A DNA stretch of 64,000 bases from an uncultured Phaeodactylibacter sp. (lineage in GTDB: Bacteria > Bacteroidota > Bacteroidia > Chitinophagales > Saprospiraceae), in contig CAYSPJ010000002.1 of assembly GCA_964432875.1 (NCBI GenBank), positions 54,473-118,472 of the forward strand. Reading direction: 5' to 3'. A program made the position numbers and the translations under genes. Shown one piece after another: positions 29,801 through 38,097 of the stretch. Each line of letters starts with the position of its first letter. Within the stretch, counting starts at the first letter, position 1. The notes beneath the pieces are model-generated. The model was not told the DNA's origin, searched no databases, and was given only the letters and a program-made list of their open reading frames with translations.

Positions 29801-30096
29801 CTTGCGCCTACCTTTACCTCGAAGAGGAAGGGGGTGGGCAAAAATGGGAGGGCCGCGATGGGAAAGACCGCTTCTATATGGTGCTGGTCAGCAAAACGGT
29901 AGAAGAGACGCCCAACAAGTTACATCGCAAAGAATTTTATGAAAAAATGACCCCACGCCGGACGATTACACCCCAAGAGCTGAAAGATAGGGTTTACAAA
30001 ATCAACCGGGAATGCAACAAATCTGCCCTGCTCGGTTTTATTATGGAGAAACTGGATGAACGTTTCGCCGTCCAATTAGATAAAGAACTATTATGA
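26848..30096 (+). CDS. Atypical Clp/Hsp100-family double-AAA+ ATPase with novel N-domain and release-factor-like C-terminal extension
   Basis: NBD1: GPSGVGKT, but the Walker B reads ILFIRNLA. NBD2: GPTGVGKTELAKVLA, LLFDEIEKAH, IIIMTSNIG, FNRID, and D2-small RYGARHLQRTIREYL. There are about 215 unassigned N-terminal residues and about 330 extra C-terminal residues. Confidence 0.85.
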   Translation: MAFKFSIPFFAFRLHLHPGLSLLAPLSDHQALRIGQPLSAVAKQYADALQQKVLNTGNYRAVLEEYREGDFYRSVLEASFPAAPDRLSFPAFSLEFDYYFNRQEKGYWGIVPALKLEAFADDEPQLAALLKEAVQLDFSRKKRLQAVQDIVSAIWFESIELKQHAIDFEAYTPAELELLQEQRKSNLLSDVATLLVVKSPACYGMEKELEQLVSTLKSKFVRNVLLVGPSGVGKTALVWELARQQRRRRVKEQFWETTASTLIKELSQEMGWQENLSQLCREISGSDNILFIRNLAELFEVGMYEGNSISMADYLGAFLSRGEITMISECTEEELARIELKNPQYLSFFQQIHLKAPEGQALEAIISQKVQDVAQLRQTEIEEEAIREAIRLSRRFEPYSGMPGKPIRFLESLLLDKKRVAGQDAASIKLSRSEVIHRFCQQTGIPRFMVDPAIPMDITAIKAAFNSQLFGQEAAVESVVGLLAAVKTALTRIGKPIASLLFLGPTGVGKTELAKVLAQFMFGGRDRLTRFDMSEYSNAYSVLRLTGEGFFSEGLLTSAVRRAPFSVLLFDEIEKAHPQFFDLLLQILEGRLTDSQGKLANFCSTIIIMTSNIGAQNLAQNPIGWKQQISGREVQQHFITAAEDYFQPELFNRIDKVIPFTPLDQDTVRFVVDREIQLIRQREGIRFRRMNLHIENEVLDYLGEQGYDPRYGARHLQRTIREYLLTPLSRALNTQDIDDQLEVEVRMRAGRIQIDIASDPLGLELLLEEYGRIQHSDYASRLRRKIEQIKDGHLYTQLINELAFFEQKRAAAKQRFWDNLPEANRYSAFQESNQEAEHLYQRIQDLEMGFATSSLGVVPYKPAWENELRAWEERLFEFKLRLCSRLNPENNQCCLSIYGAEPEPLVQLYTSLFQAKGFQFEAYGVWFRESYYNEEVLEQTDKGIARHKRKQYIKQIIDMATCLAPFNPPEPGDVLWGVEFTISSPCAYLYLEEEGGGQKWEGRDGKDRFYMVLVSKTVEETPNKLHRKEFYEKMTPRRTITPQELKDRVYKINRECNKSALLGFIMEKLDERFAVQLDKELL

Positions 30097-31541
30097 ATGC
30101 AAGATTGATCGTTTTTTCGGCAGCGCTTATTGCTACTATGCTACCCTTCAACAGGCTGCAAGCTCAAGATGCCGAAAACAGTAATAAACACTATTGGGTC
30201 GCCTTTACTGACAAGGCCGGCTCGCCCTATAGCCTGGACCGGCCAGAGGAGTTTGTATCAGCGCGCGCCATTGCCCGGCGGCAGAGTCGAGGGATACCTT
30301 TTGCTGAAAACGACCTCCCGCCCAATCCTGCCTATCTGGATGCCCTGAAGGCCAAAGGGGCCACCATACACCATACTTCGCGCTGGCTGAATGCCGCAAC
30401 CATCCTCATCGACGAAGCCCAACTGCCTCTTATCGCGCAATTACCTTTCGTCGATACGTTTTTTTTCGCCGGCCCAGCTTATGATAAAGCGACGCATAAA
30501 AAGCCGGCTTTACAAATGGACAGCCTCCTGTCGCGACTCGTGGAAGGCGAACACTATGGCCATGGCGCTGCGCAGATCAAGCTGTTAAATGGCGATACCT
30601 TACATCAAATGGGCTTTAAAGGCAATGGTTTATTGATTGCCGTACTTGACGGCGGCTTTATCGGGGTAGAAGCAAGCCCTTTCTTTGACAGCTTGCGCGT
30701 GAACGGCCGCCTGCTGCCCGGCCGGGACTTCGTCAATCAGGGCAATGACCCTTACGGGCTGAGCACCCACGGCAGCAAAGTGCTCTCTACGATGGCGGCC
30801 AACGTCCCCGGCGTATTGGTCGGCACGGCTCCTTTCGCAACCTACGCCTGTGTGAAAACCGAAAACACCCAAACCGAATACCGCATCGAAGAATGCAATT
30901 GGGTAGCTGGACTGGAATACGCCGACAGCCTCGGCGCCGACCTTATCAATTCCTCCCTGGGCTATACTACTTTCGACGATACTGGCATGAACTATCAATA
31001 CGACAATCTGGACGGGCAGAGCTCGGTGGCCAGCCTGGCGGCTGATATCGCTGCAGCAAAAGGCATCCTGGTCGTCACCAGCGTCGGCAATGAGGGGAGC
31101 TCAAAGTGGAAGTATATCGGCATACCCGCCGATGCCACCCTGGCCTTTTCCATTGGGGCCACTGATTTGCGCGGCAAGCGGGCTTCTTTCAGTTCGGTAG
31201 GCCCCACACCTAAGGGCCTCATCAAGCCTGACGTGGTAGCCCCCGGTGCCTGGGTGGCCTTGGCCGATGCCTACTCTTTCCGCGTCGGCCCAGGATCTGG
31301 CACTTCTTTTGCTTCGCCCATCCTGGCTGGCCTGGCTGCCTGCCTCTGGGAAGCCTTCCCCGGCAAGACCAACCTGGAAATCATGGAGGCTATCCGCCAG
31401 AGTGGCAGCGCCGCAACAAGCCCGGACAATGAAATCGGTTATGGACTGCCGGATTTTGGCAAGGCTTACCGGCTGTTGAGCAGTGTACTGCCGTCGGTCA
31501 GCCCAAGCAAACCCCTGGTCAGCCCATTGCCTCAAGATTAG
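30093..31541 (+). CDS. Secreted S8 (subtilisin-family) serine peptidase with I9-like propeptide
   Basis: Signal peptide MNARLIVFSAALIATMLPFNRLQAQ. Catalytic triad contexts are IAVLDGGF (Asp), STHGSKVLS (His) and GSGTSFASPILAG (Ser). Its ATG overlaps the upstream stop (ATGA). Confidence 0.88.
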   Translation: MNARLIVFSAALIATMLPFNRLQAQDAENSNKHYWVAFTDKAGSPYSLDRPEEFVSARAIARRQSRGIPFAENDLPPNPAYLDALKAKGATIHHTSRWLNAATILIDEAQLPLIAQLPFVDTFFFAGPAYDKATHKKPALQMDSLLSRLVEGEHYGHGAAQIKLLNGDTLHQMGFKGNGLLIAVLDGGFIGVEASPFFDSLRVNGRLLPGRDFVNQGNDPYGLSTHGSKVLSTMAANVPGVLVGTAPFATYACVKTENTQTEYRIEECNWVAGLEYADSLGADLINSSLGYTTFDDTGMNYQYDNLDGQSSVASLAADIAAAKGILVVTSVGNEGSSKWKYIGIPADATLAFSIGATDLRGKRASFSSVGPTPKGLIKPDVVAPGAWVALADAYSFRVGPGSGTSFASPILAGLAACLWEAFPGKTNLEIMEAIRQSGSAATSPDNEIGYGLPDFGKAYRLLSSVLPSVSPSKPLVSPLPQD

Positions 31542-31919
31542 GGGTGTACAATATAGCAAGCCTTGCCCAACAGGCAGGCCCAGTAGGCTTATTTGGCTGC
31601 ATTGTGTATGGTGCTTGCAATTTTATTGTAAAAAACCTGATTTTTTTGCCATTTTTCTAGGCTGTTACCCAAAAATTGTCCTAAATTTGTTCTCGACTTT
31701 AGCATCAACATCATCAAACAACCCCTCAAAGCTGAAGCTTGCTTTTGGGCAATCAGCTTTGTAAACCTAAAGCCTCGCCATCATTTTCGCTTTGCAGCAG
31801 CTACTTGCTGCCTGGATTACGCCAAACATATTACGGTTATTCACTTTGCTATCATACACTGCTACCGGCAGTTGGATGGCAAGTCAATTTAGTTTCTACT
31901 AACTCAAAACTTTTGTTTT

Positions 31920-34900
31920 ATGAAAAAACTCTTATTGTCATTGATGCTGGTCGCGGGCCTACTTGGCACCCTGGCCGCGCAGCGCACGATCACCGGCAAA
32001 GTCGCGGACTCAAGCGGCGAGGCGCTGATTGGTGCGACTATCCTTGCTGAAGGAACGGCTATTGGTACCGTCACCGACGCAAATGGCGAGTTCAGCTTGA
32101 ACGTAGCCTCTGACCAGGCAGCAGTCGTTGTCAGCTACACTGGTTTTATTACTCAGCGCGTTGTGCTCACGCCATCCATAAACTACATCATTACGATGGA
32201 AACGGATGCGGTGGCACTGGAAGACGTAGTGGTTATTGGCTACGGTACTCAATCCCGGCGCAACATCACCAGCGCTATTGCTTCGGTGGATTCAAGGGCT
32301 TTCGAGAACGTTTCGGTTCAGGGCTTTGAAAGCGCGCTTCAAGGCCGCCTACCAGGGGTGAACATTACTGGCTCTGCCGGTACCTTAGGCGCTCCGCAAG
32401 CAATCAGGGTACGGGGTGTTGGCTCCATTAATGCCAGCAACCAGCCGCTGTATGTAGTGGATGGGTTGATCCTTAACGACCAACTGGGGAGTAACAACCT
32501 CTTGGGCACGGCCAGCGGCACCAACCCGCTGATTAACCTCAACCCCAACGACATCGAATCGATTGACGTACTTAAAGATGCTGCGGCAGCGGCTATTTAT
32601 GGCTCCCGTGGTGCCAACGGCGTAATCCTCATTACCACCCGCCAGGGCAAGTACAACCAGCAGGCCCGGGTCTCTTTGGGTTTTTATGCCGGCTACAGCG
32701 AGCCGACCAACCAATTCGACATGATGACCGGGCAGGAATATGCCGGATTTTGGAACCAGGCAGCCCGCAACCGCGGCTTCACACCGGAAGCCAACCCCAA
32801 CCTCTTCTACGATGTGGCCGCTCAGCCCAGCACCAATTGGTTTGATCTGGTGTCTCAAAAAGCTTTCGTGCAAGAAAGCAACGTAGGGGTCTCTGGCGGT
32901 ACCGCAACCACCAAGTTCTTCTTTGGTGGCAGCTATCGCGACGAAGATGGCTGGATCCGCCGTACCAACCTCAAGCGCTACAGCTTCCGCGCCAATATCG
33001 AACAACAGATTGGTGAGAGGTGGAAGGCCGGTATTCAGCTCAACCCGAGCCGTACCGTCAACACTCGCTTGAACGAAGACAACAACGTGGCTTCGCCCCA
33101 AACCTACAGCGCTTTGTTCTTCCCCAATGTGGAAGCCTATGACGCCAACGGCAGGGTGCGTGGCGGCCTGGTTACTACCAGTATTGGCCGCGGCCAATTC
33201 AACGGCACGCCTCTGGTAAACCTGGAAGAAGCAGATATTACGGCTACGACGACACAAATCCTGAGCAACTTCTACACGGAATTCCGCCCCATTTCCAAGT
33301 TGCGCTTACGCACGGAATTTGGTAGCCAGTTTAGCCAGATTGAGGATTTGTACAAAGCATCCTCGCGCACTACTGATGGTGCTGGCGCTTCCGGCTCCGG
33401 GAGTGCGGCCAGTGGCCAGGTGCTGAACTGGAACTGGAACACCACAGCCACCTATGCGGATGTTATTGACCGCCATGGATTTGACGTTACGCTCGGTTAT
33501 ACGATGCAGCGCGAGGAGACTTCCCGCCAGAGCGTCGCAGGTAATACCTTTGCTGATGACCGCCTGAAGACTTTGGCTTCAGCCGCAACAATCACGGCTG
33601 GCTCCAGCACCCTTAACGATGTGACTTTCCTCGGTTATCTGGCGAGGGTCAACTATGCTTTTGACAATAAGTATCTCATTGGCCTTTCTGCCAGGGTTGA
33701 CGGATCTTCCCGCTTCGGCACCAACAACCGCTATGGCTTCTTCCCCGCAGCTTCTGCGGGCTGGATTGCTAAAGAAGACCGGGCGGCAAGCGTGCTCAAT
33801 TTCCTGAAAGTCCGCGGTAGCTGGGGCTTGACCGGTAATGCCAGCATTGGCAACTTCGATGCTCGCGGCTTGATCGGCTTCGGCACGGACTACAACATGC
33901 AGCCGGGCTTCTTGTTCAACCGCCTGGAAAACGCCGACTTGCGGTGGGAAAAGAACCAGACGATTGATGGTGGGATCGAGTTTGAAATGTTCAATCGCCG
34001 CCTGCGTGGTTCGGCGCTATATTACATCCGCGATACCCGTGACTTGTTGCTGGACGTACCCCTGCCCTGGACGATTGGTATCGTCAATGCCCTCATCACC
34101 CAGAATGCCGGCGAAATCCGCAACCAGGGCTTTGAATTCCAGCTTGACATGGACGTGCTGAGCAAAGGCGCATTCCAATGGACGCTGGGCGTCAACGGCG
34201 CTACGCTGAAGAATGAAGTGACTCAGTTGGTAGACAACAACAACGATGGCGAAGACGATGACATCGTCTTCGGCGGCCGCCGCCTGATCCGTACGGGCGA
34301 AACGATCGGCTCATGGTACTTGGTGCGCTACAATGGCGTTGATCCTGCTAACGGCGACGCTTTGTTCCTGGACGAAAACGGAGAAGAACTCCGCAACAGC
34401 GCTCCAGGCTCTGCCAGAGTAATCGCCGGCAATGCATTGCCCACCTTCACCGGTGGCATCACCAGCAACCTTGCTTATAAGGGTTTTGACCTGAACATCC
34501 TCTTCCAGTTCGCCACCGGTTTCCAATTATACCGGAATGAGGGCGCTTTTACCGAAAACAACATGGCGGCTACCTGGAACCAGGATCGCCGCATCCTGGA
34601 TGCCTGGACGCCGGACAACCCGAACACCAATGTCCCGCAGGCTCGCTTGTTGCAAGTGAATGGTTCTCAGGCATCTACCCGTTATCTGTCGGATGGGGAC
34701 TTCATGCGCCTCAAGAATGTCCAGTTGGGTTATTCTCTGCCGCCTTTTGGCCGTAACAATACCAACCTGCGCATTTTTGTCGCTGGCCAAAACCTGCTGA
34801 CCTTCACGAAGTTTAATGGGTTGGACCCGGAAGCGAACGGGCTTGGAGTTGGCTCGCCAACTGCAGGTGACCTGTTCTTCAGCCGCCCGCAGTCTAAGAC

Positions 34901-34931
34901 TTATACGGCGGGCTTTAATCTCAGTTTCTAA
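31920..34931 (+). CDS. SusC/RagA-family TonB-linked outer-membrane transporter
   Basis: 1003 aa. Signal peptide, ITGKVADSSGEALIGATILAEG, the plug motifs VVIGYGTQSRRNITSAI and GANGVILITT, and a C-terminal ...YTAGFNLSF. Confidence 0.92.
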   Translation: MKKLLLSLMLVAGLLGTLAAQRTITGKVADSSGEALIGATILAEGTAIGTVTDANGEFSLNVASDQAAVVVSYTGFITQRVVLTPSINYIITMETDAVALEDVVVIGYGTQSRRNITSAIASVDSRAFENVSVQGFESALQGRLPGVNITGSAGTLGAPQAIRVRGVGSINASNQPLYVVDGLILNDQLGSNNLLGTASGTNPLINLNPNDIESIDVLKDAAAAAIYGSRGANGVILITTRQGKYNQQARVSLGFYAGYSEPTNQFDMMTGQEYAGFWNQAARNRGFTPEANPNLFYDVAAQPSTNWFDLVSQKAFVQESNVGVSGGTATTKFFFGGSYRDEDGWIRRTNLKRYSFRANIEQQIGERWKAGIQLNPSRTVNTRLNEDNNVASPQTYSALFFPNVEAYDANGRVRGGLVTTSIGRGQFNGTPLVNLEEADITATTTQILSNFYTEFRPISKLRLRTEFGSQFSQIEDLYKASSRTTDGAGASGSGSAASGQVLNWNWNTTATYADVIDRHGFDVTLGYTMQREETSRQSVAGNTFADDRLKTLASAATITAGSSTLNDVTFLGYLARVNYAFDNKYLIGLSARVDGSSRFGTNNRYGFFPAASAGWIAKEDRAASVLNFLKVRGSWGLTGNASIGNFDARGLIGFGTDYNMQPGFLFNRLENADLRWEKNQTIDGGIEFEMFNRRLRGSALYYIRDTRDLLLDVPLPWTIGIVNALITQNAGEIRNQGFEFQLDMDVLSKGAFQWTLGVNGATLKNEVTQLVDNNNDGEDDDIVFGGRRLIRTGETIGSWYLVRYNGVDPANGDALFLDENGEELRNSAPGSARVIAGNALPTFTGGITSNLAYKGFDLNILFQFATGFQLYRNEGAFTENNMAATWNQDRRILDAWTPDNPNTNVPQARLLQVNGSQASTRYLSDGDFMRLKNVQLGYSLPPFGRNNTNLRIFVAGQNLLTFTKFNGLDPEANGLGVGSPTAGDLFFSRPQSKTYTAGFNLSF

Positions 34932-34962
34932 AACCATTTGCTAATTTTAAAAAGAGCACAAG

Positions 34963-36447
34963 ATGAATAAACTAAAATATATCCTCGGCTTCATGCTCGT
35001 CGCCGGGCTAGTGGCTTGCGATTCGTTCCTTGACGAACCGCAACCAGCTCAATCGCTGCCTTCGGCAACGGCATTTACTACCGCACAGGACATTGAGAAT
35101 GCCATGGTTGGCGCCTATGATGCCGCACAGAACTCTGACATGTTTGGCACTAATACGACTATGCTTCCCGGGATTTACTCGGATAATGGCGAATGGCGTG
35201 GTTCTTTCCCTTCTTATCGGGACATCTACAACCGCATGATTGTCTCTGATAATCCAGAAGTGGCCGCGATGTGGCAATTTGGCTATCGCGTCATCAATGC
35301 TGCCAACCTGATTTTGAAAGCGCTGGATGAGGTCCAAGACCCCACCCTGACGCCTGCATTGGCTGATCGCCTGCGTGGCGAGGCGCTTTTCCTGCGCGGT
35401 GCGACCCATTTTGAGATGGTACGCTTTTTCGGCAAAGCCTTCAGCGCCACATCTAATGCTGATTTGGGGATCCCGATCATGGTCAATCCAGTTGCGACGA
35501 CCGACGACGTCACTTTCCCCTCTCGCAATACGGTAGCGGAGGTTTATACTCAGGTACTCACTGATTTAACCCAAGCCGCCTCACTTTTGCCGGATGCCAA
35601 CCCGCGCGGGCGCGGGCGCGCTACCAAGTTTGCTGCTCATGGATATTTGGCCCGCGTGGCCTTCCAGCAGCGCGAATACGGCAAAGCTGCTACTGAAGCC
35701 GCCGCTGTGCTTGCTGGCCCATTCTCGCTCACTGCTGAACCAGTTGAATTCTTCAGCATAGAAGGCAGCAGCGAGGAAATATGGGCAGTCATCCATACGC
35801 CTCAAGACAATCCCGGCGTAAACGGCTCCCTGCCTACTTTCCACAACCGTGCTGGCCGCGGCGGTGACGTAGTCTACTCGGAAGATTTGATTGCCAATGG
35901 ATTCGGTAAAATTGTTACTTCTGCCCAGCAAGCTGCCATTGCCAACGCTGGTCATACCGTAATTGATTTGCGCCTAACCCAGTTGTCGCAATTCGATGCC
36001 GCTTCCAATACTTATTTCATCGAAAAGTACACGGATGTTTCCACTAATGCAGATGATGCGCCGATTCAACGCCTGGCAGATTTCATGCTCTTGCGCGCTG
36101 AAGCGGTAGCCCGCACCAGCGGTATCAACCAAGAAAGCATTGACTTGCTCAACAGCGTACGCCGCCGTGCCTTGCGCGTGCTGGATAGCAGTGGTGAAGT
36201 AGTAGCCAATAGCGATAGCTTCATCGACTTCAGCGCCGGCAATTTCGCCAATGCCGATGAGCTGATCGAAGCGATCATCACCGAGCGCCGTGTTGAGCTT
36301 TGCTTTGAAGGTGCTCGCTTCCATGATCTTACGCGCTTACAGCGCACGATCAGGGGGCTTGCCTGGGATGACAATAACATGCGTTTCCCCATCCCACAGC
36401 GTGAAATAGATGCGAATGGCAACCTGGAGCAGAACCCCGGTTACTAG
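34963..36447 (+). CDS. SusD/RagB-family nutrient-binding lipoprotein
   Basis: Lipobox LVAC, immediately downstream of SusC. Typical motifs are present: LRGEALFLRGATHFEMVRFFG, MLLRAEA, ERRVELCFEGARFHDLTR and FPIPQREID. Confidence 0.88.
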   Translation: MNKLKYILGFMLVAGLVACDSFLDEPQPAQSLPSATAFTTAQDIENAMVGAYDAAQNSDMFGTNTTMLPGIYSDNGEWRGSFPSYRDIYNRMIVSDNPEVAAMWQFGYRVINAANLILKALDEVQDPTLTPALADRLRGEALFLRGATHFEMVRFFGKAFSATSNADLGIPIMVNPVATTDDVTFPSRNTVAEVYTQVLTDLTQAASLLPDANPRGRGRATKFAAHGYLARVAFQQREYGKAATEAAAVLAGPFSLTAEPVEFFSIEGSSEEIWAVIHTPQDNPGVNGSLPTFHNRAGRGGDVVYSEDLIANGFGKIVTSAQQAAIANAGHTVIDLRLTQLSQFDAASNTYFIEKYTDVSTNADDAPIQRLADFMLLRAEAVARTSGINQESIDLLNSVRRRALRVLDSSGEVVANSDSFIDFSAGNFANADELIEAIITERRVELCFEGARFHDLTRLQRTIRGLAWDDNNMRFPIPQREIDANGNLEQNPGY

Positions 36448-36469
36448 GCGCAAGTTTCTGAATTGACTT

Positions 36470-36517
36470 AAAAAGAGAAGCCGCTTCAGCATGATGCTCG
36501 AAGCGGCTTCTCTTTTT
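36470..36517. terminator. Bidirectional intrinsic terminator (18-bp perfect stem flanked by A5/T5)
   Basis: AAAAAGAGAAGCCGCTTC (36470-36487) pairs with GAAGCGGCTTCTCTTTTT (36500-36517). It lies between the convergent SusD and SDR genes. Confidence 0.8.
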
Positions 36518-36535
36518 AACTTCATCCTGAAATGC

Positions 36536-37258
36536 TCAAATCGCCTGATGATTAAACGGCTGGATGACCATCTCTGACACCACGCCGGTGGTCGGCTGCT
36601 GGCAGAGGAACCATACGGCCCGCCCGGCCGCTTTAGCCGCGATGAACTTATCGCGGCTGACCTTCATATCGATTTCATCCCAGAAGGCGGAGTCTACGCC
36701 TCCGAGGTAGAGGTTGGTGATGCGCACTTCGGTGCGCTTGAGCTCTTCGCGGATCGACTTGGTCAGGCCATCGAGGCCGTACTTCGAGGCAGCATAAGCT
36801 GCTGCGCCAGCCATGGGCGTTTTACCAAGCACGCCAGGGATGTTGATGACCAGCCCCTTTTTGGCCGCTTTCATCGGTGGCAGGAAGGCTTTAAAAAGGT
36901 TGAAGGCTCCCTTCAGATTGGCGTCGATGACGCGGCTGAAGTCTTCATAGCTTAGGGTTTCCAGGGGCTTCAACAGGCCAATGCCCGCAGCGTTGATCAA
37001 GATATCTAAAGCGCCGACCCGCTCATCGATGGCCTGAGCGACCCGCTCTACGTCGGTGGGCTGGGTAATATCCATCACGAAGATGTTTTCTGCCGGGATG
37101 TTGGCTTCGCGGGCAAGTTGCTCTAGCTTTTCCCGGTTCCTGCCAGCAATGAAGACTACAGCCTGGCTGCTCTTGATGAGCCGGGCTGCTTCGCCTCCAA
37201 TACTGCCGCTAGCCCCGATAACTAGCACTTTTTTATTTGCGAGGATTTCTACAGACAT
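36536..37258 (-). CDS. SDR-family oxidoreductase
   Basis: VIGASGSIGGEAAR, NAAG and YAASKYGL. Confidence 0.85.
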   Translation of the reverse strand: MSVEILANKKVLVIGASGSIGGEAARLIKSSQAVVFIAGRNREKLEQLAREANIPAENIFVMDITQPTDVERVAQAIDERVGALDILINAAGIGLLKPLETLSYEDFSRVIDANLKGAFNLFKAFLPPMKAAKKGLVINIPGVLGKTPMAGAAAYAASKYGLDGLTKSIREELKRTEVRITNLYLGGVDSAFWDEIDMKVSRDKFIAAKAAGRAVWFLCQQPTTGVVSEMVIQPFNHQAI

Positions 37259-37269
37259 AAATAATTAGG

Positions 37270-37992
37270 TTAACGGATGGACTGGAGGAATTCCGCCCGT
37301 ACATTTTCGTTGAGGAACTTGCCGGCGTATTCCGTGGTTACGGTGCTGCAGTGCTCGTGCTGCACGCCGCGCATCTCTACGCACATGTGCTTGGCATCGA
37401 TGTAAACGGCCACATCTTCCGTACCCAGTACCTGCTTTAGCTCATTGGCGATTTGCATGGTGAGGCGTTCTTGTACCTGCGGGCGGCGACCGTAATGTTC
37501 GACGATGCGGTTGAGCTTGGATAGCCCGATGACGTTCCCATTGGCAATATAGCCGATGTGGACTACGCCATAGATGGGCAGGAAATGGTGCTCGCAGAAA
37601 GATTGCAGGCGGATGCCTTTTTCTACCAGCATTTGGCGATATTTGAACTTGTTTTCGAACAGCGAGATGCTGGGCTGGTTTTCAGGGTTCAACCCGCTGA
37701 AAATCTCCTTGACGAACATCTTGGCCACCCGGCGGGGCGTGCCGCGCAGGGAATCATCCTGGAGGTCAAGCCCCAGCACGTCCATGATTTCGTGGAAATG
37801 GGCTTCGATTTTTTGAATTTTTTCTTCGTCCGTCAGCTCGAAAGCATCGGGGCGCATCGGGGTGTCATAGGCAGTAGCCAGGTGTTGGGCGCCAATTTCT
37901 TCGATGAGGGCATCAGTCTCGGCCCGCTGCCCCCGCGTTGAGCCATTGAGGCGCAGTGCGCTTTTATTGGCCACATAATTTGCATGCATCAT
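37270..37992 (-). CDS. folE: GTP cyclohydrolase I
   Basis: LRGTPRRVAKMF, CEHHFLPI, SKLNRIVEHYGRRPQVQERLT and HMCVEMRGV. The track ORF extends 134 codons further upstream, but that part has no FolE similarity. The start is placed at the ATG-ATG at 37992. Confidence 0.9.
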   Translation of the reverse strand: MMHANYVANKSALRLNGSTRGQRAETDALIEEIGAQHLATAYDTPMRPDAFELTDEEKIQKIEAHFHEIMDVLGLDLQDDSLRGTPRRVAKMFVKEIFSGLNPENQPSISLFENKFKYRQMLVEKGIRLQSFCEHHFLPIYGVVHIGYIANGNVIGLSKLNRIVEHYGRRPQVQERLTMQIANELKQVLGTEDVAVYIDAKHMCVEMRGVQHEHCSTVTTEYAGKFLNENVRAEFLQSIR

Positions 37993-38097
37993 GAGGAATG
38001 TTTTGGAATTTTTTGTAAAATTTGCTCCCCGATATATGGGAAGCGCCTGCCTAACGCAGAAAGGCGGGCGATTGTTTAATAATTGATTTATTGATTC

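Noticed and set aside
29833-29844. GGGQ (residues 996-999) in the AAA+ tail as a possible catalytic GGQ peptidyl-hydrolase motif.
   Set aside because: In the colinear alignment it falls at the RF2 'TGVHR' position in domain 2, not in domain 3. None of the surrounding RF-1 domain signature (RxSGxGGQHVNxxxSA) is present.
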